A DNA stretch of 64,000 nucleotides from Candidatus Woesebacteria bacterium RIFCSPHIGHO2_01_FULL_39_32 (GTDB lineage Bacteria; Patescibacteriota; Microgenomatia; UBA8517): assembly GCA_001792345.1 (NCBI GenBank), contig MGGJ01000006.1:22656-86655 (forward strand). Reading direction: 5' to 3'. A program made the position numbers and the translations under genes. The notes under the pieces were generated by a model. The model searched no databases. It was given only the letters and a program-made list of their open reading frames with translations, and was not told the origin of the DNA. Position 1 is the stretch's first letter; each line of letters begins with the position of its first letter. This document shows, piece by piece, positions 1 to 9,065 of the stretch.

Positions 1-130
1 TACATGCTATGGAATTGAAATTGATATAGGGGGAAAAAAATGTGTTGGATTTGAAACTTTTTGTTCAGGTTTAACTCCAATAAATACGCCAAAATAATTT
101 AGAATTAGGAAAAATAAAGAAATCTATCAT

Positions 131-155
131 TTTCTTTCCCAAGAACTTTTGCTCC
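131..155 (-). repeat. Intergenic repeat, subtype B copy 1
   Basis: TTTCTTTCCCAAGAACTTTTGCTCC is nearly identical to 1241-1266 and similar to 4435-4457; it lies just downstream of the stop of 166..429. Confidence 0.75.
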
Positions 156-165
156 CCTACCTTAT

Positions 166-429
166 TTAAGAAGAAAAAACACCTTTTTTAATATATTGTT
201 TAATCAAAGATTGGTAAGGAACATTTATCTCGTTAGCTTTCTCTTTAACTCGGTTCAAAAGATACTCCGGAATTCGAATTGAAATAGAGCGAGTTGTGGG
301 CTTAAGGTTAGGAAAGCTTACTTTTTCAAAATCAGATGGCTCGTAATAATCTGCCAAATTAATTTTGGCCCAGAATTCTCGTTCCTCATCTTCATTTTTG
401 AATTTTGGTAAATTAAGCGGCTTTTTCAT
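166..429 (-). CDS. brnA: BrnA/CopG-like (RHH) antitoxin
   Basis: LPKFKNEDEEREFW N-terminus and ISIRIP...PYQSLIKQYI RHH C-terminus; overlaps the upstream BrnT-like gene. Confidence 0.85.
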   Translation of the reverse strand: MKKPLNLPKFKNEDEEREFWAKINLADYYEPSDFEKVSFPNLKPTTRSISIRIPEYLLNRVKEKANEINVPYQSLIKQYIKKGVFSS

Positions 430-706
430 ATAAGTGCACCTCCTTTTTATTGATATCTCTTACTGAAATAATTCTTATCCTACTTTTTCTCTTGGTAAAT
501 ACAACATAAAGCAATCTTCCCTTTCTAGTCTTCCCCAACAAAATAAAACGATCTTCCTTTATCGAATGTAACAAATCTCTCTGGACAACCTTATTTTCGT
601 CAAAAAATGGCTCCTCGGCTTCGTTATCTTCAACGCTGTGTTTTTTATTCTTTCCAATATTTCCTTTATCCCACTCAAACTCGACTACTTTCTTATCAAC
701 AACCAT
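413..706 (-). CDS. brnT: BrnT family toxin
   Basis: FEWDxGNxxKNxKH, EDRF.LLG, LYVVFT.R...IRIISVR motifs. Confidence 0.9.
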   Translation of the reverse strand: MVVDKKVVEFEWDKGNIGKNKKHSVEDNEAEEPFFDENKVVQRDLLHSIKEDRFILLGKTRKGRLLYVVFTKRKSRIRIISVRDINKKEVHLYEKAA

Positions 707-717
707 GTATATACTAT

Positions 718-745
718 ATTATACAAAACCAGAAATCTCTGTCAA
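718..745 (-). promoter_or_regulatory. Sigma70 promoter of brnTA
   Basis: TTGACA-16 bp-TATAAT on the minus strand just upstream of the brnT ATG. Confidence 0.6.
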
Positions 746-753
746 GACTTTAG

Positions 754-862
754 CGTCTTCTCCAGACTCGGATCACTAGTCCAAAAAGCGAGTCTCGTAG
801 AGGCGAAGTCCCGCACTGAATTTATTCTGGTGCGCTGGCAGTTGATTGTTGTGGGGAATAAT
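754..862 (-). repeat. Intergenic repeat, subtype A copy carrying an internal palindromic insert (about 790-836)
   Basis: Matches 1692-1750 at both ends (CTTCTCCAxACTCGG...TAGTCCAAAA and GGCAGTTGATTGTTG); the insert contains the CGCAC...GTGCG hairpin. Confidence 0.75.
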
Positions 863-864
863 AT

Positions 865-1215
865 CTAGTTTACAAGAAGCATCTTTATAGTTCCCCAATA
901 TCCTTGACAATTGTTGTATAGATTTCCGTAACACCTAAATTCACATATATCATATGCTTTAGAGTAAAATTTACAGCTTACCTCCTCTTTATTTCCTTGA
1001 CAGCCACTATTACATCCGCCAATCGGAGGAGTCATTATTATCTCATTTGAATTAGGATCAGGATCAAACCCGGACACGTAACCTGGCTTCAATCTGTATT
1101 CTGTATAAGTCGTTGGATTATTTGGATAATAAATATATTTGAAAAATAAACTTAGGGATAGCTTAAGTAGAATTAGAAATAATATAAAGACGAAGATTTT
1201 CTTAACTATTCTCAC
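865..1215 (-). CDS. Hypothetical membrane-anchored Cys-rich protein
   Basis: N-terminal hydrophobic helix and six Cys in the extracellular part. Confidence 0.6.
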   Translation of the reverse strand: MRIVKKIFVFILFLILLKLSLSLFFKYIYYPNNPTTYTEYRLKPGYVSGFDPDPNSNEIIMTPPIGGCNSGCQGNKEEVSCKFYSKAYDICEFRCYGNLYNNCQGYWGTIKMLLVN

Positions 1216-1240
1216 TAATTCAGTTTAGCACTCTTACTAA

Positions 1241-1280
1241 TTTCTTTCGCAAGAACTTTTTGCTCCTGCAACTTGGAGTT
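1241..1280 (-). repeat. Intergenic repeat, subtype B copy 2
   Basis: TTTCTTTCGCAAGAACTTTTTGCTCC followed by TGCAACTTGGAG. Confidence 0.75.
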
Positions 1281-1416
1281 TAACCTTTCTGTGTAATTTT
1301 AGATCGAGTAAAGGTAAGAAACTCCCTTAACACCGTTTCCAAATCAAAATCCTCTACTTTACGATGTCTGAAAATTCCGTTTCGGCAATTAGAGCAAATC
1401 TTGCAAACTTTTCCAT
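1280..1416 (-). pseudogene. Internally deleted toxin partner (DUF6516-like) of 1389..1670
   Basis: An ATG overlapping the upstream gene reads MEKFARFALIAETEFSDIVK*; the segment then continues in another frame as EDFDLETVLREFLTFTRSKI...*. These resemble the N- and C-termini of DUF6516 proteins, with the middle missing. Confidence 0.5.
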
Positions 1417-1670
1417 GCATAAGATTTTTTGACTGAAAGTTTTTTAAGTTCTTTCTCAAGTCTATCTTTTTCAGAAATCAAGTGATCTAGGCGAAACAAA
1501 TCTTCCCCCACTTTGTCTTCGGAGAGCTTGCCTTTTGTAATTAGATTATCGAGTTCGTCGACACTTTTAACCCCATGTCTGGAAGCAACACGAAATATTT
1601 CGCTTTCCACCAAGCGAAGGTTTTCTAAAGTAACAATAGCTTTTGCTTTGGCTTTGTCGGTCATAACCAA
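1389..1670 (-). CDS. Putative antitoxin-like small protein
   Basis: RHGVKSVDELDNLI..GKLSE...EDLFRLDHL pattern typical of small helical antitoxins paired with DUF6516. Confidence 0.55.
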   Translation of the reverse strand: MVMTDKAKAKAIVTLENLRLVESEIFRVASRHGVKSVDELDNLITKGKLSEDKVGEDLFRLDHLISEKDRLEKELKKLSVKKSYAWKSLQDLL

Positions 1671-1691
1671 AGTATATCATATAATTTCATT

Positions 1692-1750
1692 CGCCTTCTC
1701 CAAACTCGGCGCCTTAGTCCAAAAGGCAGTTGATTGTTGCAAGGAGTAAT
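1692..1750 (-). repeat. Intergenic repeat, subtype A copy (uninterrupted)
   Basis: Begins immediately after the stop of 1751..2488 and matches 754-862. Confidence 0.75.
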
Positions 1751-2488
1751 CTAATTTTTCAAAAATTCGTCAACTTGCTTTAAATTTTTTTCACCAAATA
1801 CATTAAAGTGCTCGCCTTCTGTTATGATTAATTTGCTGTTTACAAGATATTTATGTAATAATTCTCCTGCTTCTTGAGGCATTAGTAAATCGTGCTTTCC
1901 GTTGATAATCAAGGATTCATTCTTAAGAGTCTTTAAAATCTCTGTATTATCAACCCTTGAAACAAATCTCACAATGTCCCACTCTTTTTGATTCGGAATT
2001 CCTTTAATTAGACGAATATTTTTTATCATATCTTTTAAATACTCAATCCTTTCTTGTTCATCCCCTTGATAGGGGTTAAGTTTTTGGTAAATAAATTCGA
2101 TCAACCAATTTGGAAGATGAAGAACGAAACTCGCAATAGTAAAAAGCTTCTTCCTTTGCAAAAGGTCTATCGCAGACCTAAAAAGCACTACATTCGGACG
2201 AAAGTAGGATCCTGATGCAATAAAGACAAGTTTAGCTTGCGGATATCTACGAGCAACATGTGGCAATAAAAGACCTCCTATGGATATTCCAAAAATTGCG
2301 TCCAGATTTCTATTTTTCAAAAGAAAGCCGACTTTCCCAACAACATTTTCAGGAGTAAGCACAATTTCAGAATTAAACAAATCAATAACGAGTACTTCGT
2401 ATCCACTTTTTATTAGATGTAAATACAAAGGATGTTCACTAAGATCTGATTGCGGCCAACCGTGAAGAATTAGGGTAACTTTGGACAT
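1751..2488 (-). CDS. Alpha/beta hydrolase
   Basis: LILHGWP, GISIGG nucleophile elbow, GKHDLL Asp and GEHF His. Confidence 0.88.
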   Translation of the reverse strand: MSKVTLILHGWPQSDLSEHPLYLHLIKSGYEVLVIDLFNSEIVLTPENVVGKVGFLLKNRNLDAIFGISIGGLLLPHVARRYPQAKLVFIASGSYFRPNVVLFRSAIDLLQRKKLFTIASFVLHLPNWLIEFIYQKLNPYQGDEQERIEYLKDMIKNIRLIKGIPNQKEWDIVRFVSRVDNTEILKTLKNESLIINGKHDLLMPQEAGELLHKYLVNSKLIITEGEHFNVFGEKNLKQVDEFLKN

Positions 2489-2508
2489 TTGTATATATCT
2501 TGAAACAA

Positions 2509-2551
2509 TTTTCGCAAAAACTCAAAACTAATGATTGCTGCAGGGAGTAAC
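2509..2551 (-). repeat. Intergenic repeat, hybrid A/B copy
   Basis: TTTTCGCAAAAACT (B-like) joined to TGATTGCTGCAGGGAGTAA (A-like). Confidence 0.55.
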
Positions 2552-2607
2552 ATTACTACTTCAACTAAAGAAAAACATCGTTTAAAATAATTTGGGTTTG
2601 CCATTAA

Positions 2608-3138
2608 ATGGAATACTACACTATGAACTTAGAAGGAATCAGTCGGAAGTTACCGATTGTATCCATTGCCCCCAAAGTGAAGGTTGCTTCATTTAATCTT
2701 TTAGGGGATAAAGAGCTGGTTTGTATTCTTGCAAAAAAAATGATGAGAAAATTACAAAATGTAGATTTCGACTACCTTGTCGGTCCTGAGGTAAAAGTGG
2801 TTCCCCTACTCCATGAACTTTCCAAACTTTTGAAGAAGGACAGATATATTGTTTGCAGGAAAGAAATCCACGGGTATATGATTTTACCGATCAAATCACA
2901 CCAACCGCGGGGACTCGTGTTAAACGGGCTCGATGCGGCACTTATTAAAAACAAAAAGATAATAATTGTCGACGACGTTGTAAGCACCGGCGCAACAATT
3001 CATTCAGTTGAAGAATTGATGCAGTTAGCAAAAGCAAAGGTGGTCTCAAAAATAGCAGTTTTTAAACAAGGAGATAGACTTCATCCTCTTCAAAAAGACG
3101 TAATTTTTTTGGGAGATTTACCTGTTTTTACCTCTTGA
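2608..3138 (+). CDS. Type I phosphoribosyltransferase (adenine PRT-like)
   Basis: IIIVDDVVSTGAT PRPP-binding motif. Confidence 0.9.
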   Translation: MEYYTMNLEGISRKLPIVSIAPKVKVASFNLLGDKELVCILAKKMMRKLQNVDFDYLVGPEVKVVPLLHELSKLLKKDRYIVCRKEIHGYMILPIKSHQPRGLVLNGLDAALIKNKKIIIVDDVVSTGATIHSVEELMQLAKAKVVSKIAVFKQGDRLHPLQKDVIFLGDLPVFTS

Positions 3139-3226
3139 TCTTAGGATAGCTTTTATTATAAGTTGATAATAAAGACAGAATAATATCCTGTAAGCCGCAG
3201 GAAAATTCCAATAATAAAATGGCATT

Positions 3227-3262
3227 AAAAACACTCTAGAAGTTACTAATGGAGTGTTTTTT
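3227..3262. terminator. Bidirectional hairpin terminator
   Basis: AAAAACACTC...GAGTGTTTTT inverted repeat with A and T tails. Confidence 0.55.
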
Positions 3263-4409
3263 GGTTTCTTTTACGTTGGTAAAAAATATGTTAGGAAATG
3301 AATTTGATCTTCAAAGCGATGGATTTACCTTTACCTCTGGTTATGCTGAACTGATCCAAATCGCTGAGTATAGAAATAGTGACGGAGAATTAAATTCAAT
3401 TCGACAAGTTACCCCCGCAATTCACAGAATGGCAAGGCTTAGAGGGAGACCTCCAGGAACTTGTGATATTCCTGATATCTTATATGACCTTCATAGCTTT
3501 CAAGATATATATATGAATACTGGAGAATTAAGACAACCCCTTAGAAGTTTGGTCCTCTCTGAAAGTCTATACTACAAACTAGCTGAAAATTTGGCTGTTA
3601 AAAATGCAAAAGACTTTGGATTTCACGAAAGACTCCCGGATTTTATTGATATTGCAAAAGAATCTGTTACACGAATTGTCTGGATCAACTGGAAACCAGA
3701 AGATGGTGAGAACTTCATAGATCTTCACAAAAGAATTATAGGAACATTAAGAAGGCATTTAGTACATCAATGGGGAAAAGGTAATTTTGCAAAGCCCTAC
3801 TCTTATTTTGAACCCCATCAACTTGACAGTGCAACTCTCTATCAAAATCTTGAAGAATCTTCTCCTCCAAAAAGACCTATCTATAGGCTCCGAGAATCCG
3901 CTACTCACTTGCCCTTACCGGCCATAATCGCAACAATCGAAGAAGGAAGTTTCCTTGAAATTGTAGCAAGCTTAACAACCATGAAATATTATCCTAGTAA
4001 AAATGGTCTAGCCAGTGTAGCAAACGAAATTGGAGTAAAGAAAGAAACATTAAGCGAAGCACTAGACAGGACACTCGCAAGAATGACACGTATTGATAAG
4101 AATGTTACACCATCCAAATCAATAGCTAATATTGTAGAAGAAACTAAAAACGGTCATGTAATAAAATACGCTTCAGGGAAAAACGTTGAACATGATAATC
4201 CTAGGGTAGATTTAATAAAGCTTTCAGAGAAATCCCCCGAAAGTTGGTTACCAAATGGTCTATCTGAAAGAGATAAGGCTATTCTATCGCTTGCGGTAAT
4301 AATGAATAGCGGAACTCTAGCACATACCACAGAGGAAATTGCCCTCAAATCGGGATGCAGTGCTGTTGTAGTTTGTAGAGTAATAAAAAAAGCCACAAAG
4401 CAGAGGTAG
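3249..4409 (+). CDS. Hypothetical protein with sigma70 region-4-like HTH domain(s); true start probably the ATG at 3288
   Basis: C-terminal LSERDKAILSL...TTEEIALKSGCSAVVVCRVIKKA and a second HTH-like LASVANEIGVKKETLSEAL. Confidence 0.55.
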   Translation: MECFLVSFTLVKNMLGNEFDLQSDGFTFTSGYAELIQIAEYRNSDGELNSIRQVTPAIHRMARLRGRPPGTCDIPDILYDLHSFQDIYMNTGELRQPLRSLVLSESLYYKLAENLAVKNAKDFGFHERLPDFIDIAKESVTRIVWINWKPEDGENFIDLHKRIIGTLRRHLVHQWGKGNFAKPYSYFEPHQLDSATLYQNLEESSPPKRPIYRLRESATHLPLPAIIATIEEGSFLEIVASLTTMKYYPSKNGLASVANEIGVKKETLSEALDRTLARMTRIDKNVTPSKSIANIVEETKNGHVIKYASGKNVEHDNPRVDLIKLSEKSPESWLPNGLSERDKAILSLAVIMNSGTLAHTTEEIALKSGCSAVVVCRVIKKATKQR

Positions 4410-4434
4410 TTTTCTTTACTACCAAGTTAGCGGA

Positions 4435-4457
4435 TTTTTTGCAAGAACTTTTACTCC
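4435..4457 (-). repeat. Intergenic repeat, subtype B copy 3
   Basis: TTTTTTGCAAGAACTTTTACTCC. Confidence 0.55.
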
Positions 4458-4497
4458 GTTATAATTAATTTATTTCAACAGGTGTACAATAAACTTA

Positions 4498-5463
4498 GTG
4501 AAAGACAGACTATCAAAAAACCCAATTTTACTCTCCGTTCTTTTGCTTATATTTGTTTTTGCTTCAGCTATAGTTTCCCATAAAAGATCAAAAGTAGTTT
4601 CTGAAGAGCTGTCAAAGACATCGCAACCGGAAAGAAAGTGCAACACCGAAAAACTGTACGAACAACCATACTTTGACGAGAATGGTTTTAGACGATTTCA
4701 TATTCGAAACCTTGAATTTAGTTTACCCCCTGACTGGTGGTATCGGGAGGAGATGGCTGGAAATCGTAGAGAAATTCTCGACCAACATTTTATCAGATTC
4801 AATGACGTTGAACCTAATGGTACGGATTTGACAACTTTTCCGAAGTATGAAATTCATGTTGATTTAGTCAGGGAAAAAGAACCTGAAAAAATATTCGAAG
4901 ATTTGCAAAAAGGAATATATGATTATGTCCAATTTGTAAATTATCAAACGAAAAAAATAAAGGTTGACGGTATAGAAGGAATATTTTTTGAAGGAACGGC
5001 AAACCCTTATGAGCAAATATTTAATAAGCCCTTTTCCAGTAATGAAAGGGTTCAATTAGCTATATTTGACTACGGTAAAATTTATACATTCAGAGGAGTA
5101 GTAAATAACCAAGAAGATAAGGGTCTGTACGATAAAATTCTTAACACCTTTGATTTTACAACTTACTGGCCTCCCCCATTTACTGAAATCGACTTCCATC
5201 AATGCGAAGAGAAAACTGTTATTTATGAACTTCCTTGCGCAACGGCAAAAGTAACTTCTCATAAATCGGCAGATCAATGCGATATTAAATACACTCGCCA
5301 AACCTATGATCCTAATAACCCCGTCAGAGAAAGTTACGAATGTACCGGTAATGACTCGTGGGGTAAAATGGCATTCAAAAAGGAAGATTACGGGATAAAT
5401 TTTTACTCCCCAGGCTGGGGCAAAAGCCTACTGGAAACCTCTTTCTGCCAAAAGATTGATTGA
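4498..5463 (+). CDS. Secreted or membrane-anchored protein, PsbP-like domain
   Basis: N-terminal TM helix; FSLPPDW, KIKVDGIEG and YDKILNTFDF motifs. Confidence 0.6.
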   Translation: MKDRLSKNPILLSVLLLIFVFASAIVSHKRSKVVSEELSKTSQPERKCNTEKLYEQPYFDENGFRRFHIRNLEFSLPPDWWYREEMAGNRREILDQHFIRFNDVEPNGTDLTTFPKYEIHVDLVREKEPEKIFEDLQKGIYDYVQFVNYQTKKIKVDGIEGIFFEGTANPYEQIFNKPFSSNERVQLAIFDYGKIYTFRGVVNNQEDKGLYDKILNTFDFTTYWPPPFTEIDFHQCEEKTVIYELPCATAKVTSHKSADQCDIKYTRQTYDPNNPVRESYECTGNDSWGKMAFKKEDYGINFYSPGWGKSLLETSFCQKID

Positions 5464-5483
5464 TTATTTTTACAAAGAGACTT

Positions 5484-5708
5484 TTACTTTTTCCTTTTTC
5501 TTTTCTTGTGCTGCTCGTAGACTTCAGCCCCTGCATAAGTGACAACACTTGCCTGAATTAAAGTATTGGCAAGAGCAGGTGCTAATCCTCCAAAAACCAA
5601 TGCAGCAAATATTGTACCTACATCAATTAATTTAGAAATACGAGATAGTTTCTCACCGGTACTTTTCCTTTCGTGGTCGGAACCAAGTAATCTTTCCCTA
5701 AGACTCAT
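5484..5708 (-). CDS. Small membrane protein
   Basis: Hydrophobic core and basic tail. Confidence 0.5.
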   Translation of the reverse strand: MSLRERLLGSDHERKSTGEKLSRISKLIDVGTIFAALVFGGLAPALANTLIQASVVTYAGAEVYEQHKKRKRKK

Positions 5709-5746
5709 ATATATAATACTTCTTTGGAGTTAAGTGTGAATCTAAA

Positions 5747-6478
5747 TTATTCGATCGTGTAACCTTTGACTTGAGCTTCGATTAAACTTTTGAATTCCTC
5801 ATAGCTTCGTGGTCGAATTCGTACGCCGTTTAACAAAAAGGTGGGAGTAGAATTGACCCCAATGGCTGTTGCTTCACTTGAGTCGGAGTTAATTTTATTT
5901 TCAACTTCCTCCGAATCATAATCGGAAAGAAACTTTGTTTCATCAAGACCCAGTTCTCTCGCGTATTCTATAAATTTCTCTTTTGCATTTTCGTCTGATT
6001 CCCAATCTTTCTGTCTATCATAGAGAATATCATGCATCTCCCAAAATTTTCCCTGTCTTCCAGATGCTTCCGAGGCCTTCGCAGACGGAATCGCATTTTG
6101 ATGACCCGGGATCGGGAAATGTCTATAAATTATTTTCAGACCATCTGGAAATTCTTCACCTATTTGTTTCACCAAAGGATTATATGTTGCACAGGAAGGA
6201 CATTGATAATCTCCGTATTCCAGAAGTGTTGTTTGAGCCTGCCTGTTACCCCTAATCCAGTCGTCTTCTCTTACCTCAATGGCAATTCCGGCAACCTCGG
6301 GAGAAGGTGCACTGAGCCATCCCCATGCCCTAAAACCTACAAACAAGACCAATCCGGCCGCAAAAACCCATACTAGAAATTTTCGCATTTTGTGAACAAG
6401 TATTTCTTTTTGCCTTTCCTTTCTTTTTTGTTCCTTAGCGACCTCACGCCTTCGTCTTTTTGTTAATTTTTCTTCCAT
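5747..6478 (-). CDS. DsbA-family thiol:disulfide oxidoreductase
   Basis: EYGDYQCPSC, RHFP, GKFWEMHD, GVNSTPT. Confidence 0.93.
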   Translation of the reverse strand: MEEKLTKRRRREVAKEQKRKERQKEILVHKMRKFLVWVFAAGLVLFVGFRAWGWLSAPSPEVAGIAIEVREDDWIRGNRQAQTTLLEYGDYQCPSCATYNPLVKQIGEEFPDGLKIIYRHFPIPGHQNAIPSAKASEASGRQGKFWEMHDILYDRQKDWESDENAKEKFIEYARELGLDETKFLSDYDSEEVENKINSDSSEATAIGVNSTPTFLLNGVRIRPRSYEEFKSLIEAQVKGYTIE

Positions 6479-6480
6479 AA

Positions 6481-7281
6481 CTACTCCATTGTCTTTTCTG
6501 GCCCCTTATTATGAAATGCCTTAATGAAATTTTCAATCCTATCTTCATCAAAGCCTTCTAGTTTATCAATCCGCGTCCAAGCAGTCAGAGCAACTTGAGT
6601 TTCCAAGTTAGGTCGCGGGACTACAATCACTCTATCCCACTTTTGCACAAACTTACTCAAATTTGCAACTAAATTCTTACATCCCTCAGAATCAAACTCA
6701 TTAGGAAGATCGAGCTCGTCTTCAGGAGGATTCTCAGGTGTAAACCAACTCGTTTCTCCCGATGGTTGAAACTTCATGTGTTTCAAAAGCTCACCCGAGT
6801 CGGTTGATTCCTTAGTGGGTTCATCATGAGCAAGAATTTCACTGACTACTGACCACTGATTACCGACTACTGATTTGGTGCAATCATACGAAATTACAAC
6901 ATACCCGTGCTCAAGCGAGTGAATTAAATATCCATCTGATAACACTCCATCATAAACTCCTTTTTTCGCCCAAACAGGAAAGTGCGTTCCGGAAGTCGGT
7001 GGATTGGAGTTATAGTTAACCCCCGCAATATCAGTTATATGTTCTCTCCCCAAGTCAGCCACTTCCTGACCAGGTAGTGGCTTTGTAGACTGCCTCCATA
7101 ACCACCAGATTCCTGCTACCAGAAACCCAATTACCAAAATCCAAATCCCAAATTTCTTGATTCTAGAAAACACCTCCCCTTGCTCTCTTTCTTCCCGTTT
7201 TTGCTCTTTTGCAAGTAATCTTTTCTCCCTTTTGCTTAAAAACTGCGTTGTTTCTTCTTCCACAATAGGGGTAGTATACAA
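6481..7281 (-). CDS. DUF3105 domain membrane protein
   Basis: YNSNPPTSGTH, HSLEHG, VALTAW. Confidence 0.85.
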   Translation of the reverse strand: MYTTPIVEEETTQFLSKREKRLLAKEQKREEREQGEVFSRIKKFGIWILVIGFLVAGIWWLWRQSTKPLPGQEVADLGREHITDIAGVNYNSNPPTSGTHFPVWAKKGVYDGVLSDGYLIHSLEHGYVVISYDCTKSVVGNQWSVVSEILAHDEPTKESTDSGELLKHMKFQPSGETSWFTPENPPEDELDLPNEFDSEGCKNLVANLSKFVQKWDRVIVVPRPNLETQVALTAWTRIDKLEGFDEDRIENFIKAFHNKGPEKTME

Positions 7282-7306
7282 GATAGTTTGTTTTAAGGCC
7301 AGAAGC

Positions 7307-7840
7307 TCAAAAGAAAAATCCTAAAACAAGAAGAATTACACCATTGGCAAATACAAAATAGCGCTTTTGTTTGGCATCAAGGCTAAACGGAAACTTAGTA
7401 AACCAACTATCCAGACTGTTATTTTCCATTAAATCTATAATCTGATCAATTAAAAGGTGAAGCATAAATGCCAAAACTAATCCCATGCCCAAAAGCGACC
7501 CCGAAGAAGTGATAACAAATATTGAAAAGGTCAAAAAGATTATTTGAAAATAAGCAGTGTGAAAGATAAGTTCTTTTCTTTCCCCTCTTGTTTTAGCTAA
7601 GACATCCCAACTTTGAAACACCTTGCGCTCCGAGACAAGTCCCGCAACTTTCTGAGAAGTTGCTTCGGTTGGTTTTACGACGTAAACATAAATAAGGTGA
7701 TCAACATCGGGAAGCAGGGTTCCCAAAATCCCACCGAACCAAAAAGGCAAAAATTCGATTCGTATCCAGTCTTTATATAGAGAAATTAGCACAAAAAGTG
7801 CAACCATGAAGGAAAAGTGAGTCAATAAATCTTTTTTCAT
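7307..7840 (-). CDS. Membrane protein, metal-dependent hydrolase-like
   Basis: LLPDVDH, FH and HLLID motifs in TM context. Confidence 0.55.
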   Translation of the reverse strand: MKKDLLTHFSFMVALFVLISLYKDWIRIEFLPFWFGGILGTLLPDVDHLIYVYVVKPTEATSQKVAGLVSERKVFQSWDVLAKTRGERKELIFHTAYFQIIFLTFSIFVITSSGSLLGMGLVLAFMLHLLIDQIIDLMENNSLDSWFTKFPFSLDAKQKRYFVFANGVILLVLGFFF

Positions 7841-7849
7841 TCGACTCTC

Positions 7850-8284
7850 TTATTTTTGCACTTTTTTGGTCAATTTAGCAAGTCTCCCTTTTGGGAAATA
7901 TTTACTATATGGAATTTTTGTTGAAATCATTTCCAGATAGATTGAGTCCATTCCTAATTTCTCCAATGAATTTTGGTTGGGAACAAATCTGTATTTTTCA
8001 ATATCTAAGGTAAGATCGTCATTTACTTTTACTCCTTCTTCAATAAGCAATTTCCTTTGATCTTGGGCTGTATATTTTGACCCCTTGATACTAATTCTTC
8101 CCTGATTATTAATAACCCTCCACCAAGGTACATTCTCTACTCCTTCCATTCGATTAAGAGTCCAGCCGACCTGTCTTGCCGCCCTTGGAATACCAATATA
8201 AAGAGCAACTTGGCCATAGCTAACAACTTTTCCGTAAGGCACTTTAGATACTACCTTTATAACTCCATCTTTAAATTTGGACAT
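7850..8284 (-). CDS. MGMT-family alkyltransferase-like (Atl/YbaZ) protein
   Basis: VPYGKVVSYGQVA, ARQVG, PWWRV (Trp in place of the catalytic Cys). Confidence 0.9.
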   Translation of the reverse strand: MSKFKDGVIKVVSKVPYGKVVSYGQVALYIGIPRAARQVGWTLNRMEGVENVPWWRVINNQGRISIKGSKYTAQDQRKLLIEEGVKVNDDLTLDIEKYRFVPNQNSLEKLGMDSIYLEMISTKIPYSKYFPKGRLAKLTKKVQK

Positions 8285-8383
8285 ATTCTTCAGTCTACCC
8301 CCAAAAAATTAATTAACCAATAATGAGCACTCTACTCAATGTAATCGTTTGTTTATGCCGCAATTACATACACCACTCGTTAC

Positions 8384-8734
8384 CTATCTATAGGGTTCAA
8401 GGTCGAAGTAATAAGTAGTTCCATTTGGTCCCAACCAATGTTTTATATCTTTCAATCTCTCGGCATCCTCAGGATTTCTTTCCAATCTTTGTTTTAAAAG
8501 AGTGTGAACCCTCTGTAATTGTTCTCTATCTTCTTCCTTTCCATAAACATAAAGCTCATCAACATGTTCTTGTCCACGGAGACAATCTACCACCCTATAA
8601 AGGGTATGGTGCGCTGTATTAAAAGTCATTTGTTCCACCCTTTCTGCAATAGAAGCTTCATCTAATCGGGAAAGACTATTTACAAAATCTCGACTTAATT
8701 CCAGAGAACCTTTAATCTGACTTTCTAAAGTCAT
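8384..8734 (-). CDS. Hypothetical protein
   Basis: ORF co-oriented with its neighbours; no recognised motif. Confidence 0.5.
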   Translation of the reverse strand: MTLESQIKGSLELSRDFVNSLSRLDEASIAERVEQMTFNTAHHTLYRVVDCLRGQEHVDELYVYGKEEDREQLQRVHTLLKQRLERNPEDAERLKDIKHWLGPNGTTYYFDLEPYR

Positions 8735-8739
8735 AAATC

Positions 8740-8991
8740 CTACGGATCATCTGACAAAGCATCTCTAATAGCCGCGGTTTTTTCCAGATATCTTAATAAA
8801 ACCTCACCAGCACCAGCTTCTATGACAAGGTCAACAAATTTATCCCTATCCCCCTCTAACTCCAAACGCGCTATACCTTTCTCCTGCGCTAGATCTTGTA
8901 CTCGACTAAGCGCTCCTTTGTCTTCCTCAGACATTCCGACTCGCGATAAGAGTAGTCCTAATTTAAACGCTTTTTCTTGCTCCACCGACAT
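8740..8991 (-). CDS. Hypothetical protein
   Basis: ORF with an AGGGGGTG RBS upstream. Confidence 0.5.
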   Translation of the reverse strand: MSVEQEKAFKLGLLLSRVGMSEEDKGALSRVQDLAQEKGIARLELEGDRDKFVDLVIEAGAGEVLLRYLEKTAAIRDALSDDP

Positions 8992-9065
8992 CCACCCCCT
9001 TTTCTCAAAACCTAGCCATATTTTCCTCGTGTCTGATATAATATCTTGACTTAAACTATGACATT

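Noticed and set aside
1-130. Partial gene at the left edge
   Set aside because: The minus-strand frame from the nearest ATG stops after 19 codons; cannot be called
131-4457. CRISPR array or classical integron attC array
   Set aside because: Spacing is 450-1900 bp, the repeats are degenerate, there are no attC R boxes, and no cas or intI gene is in the window
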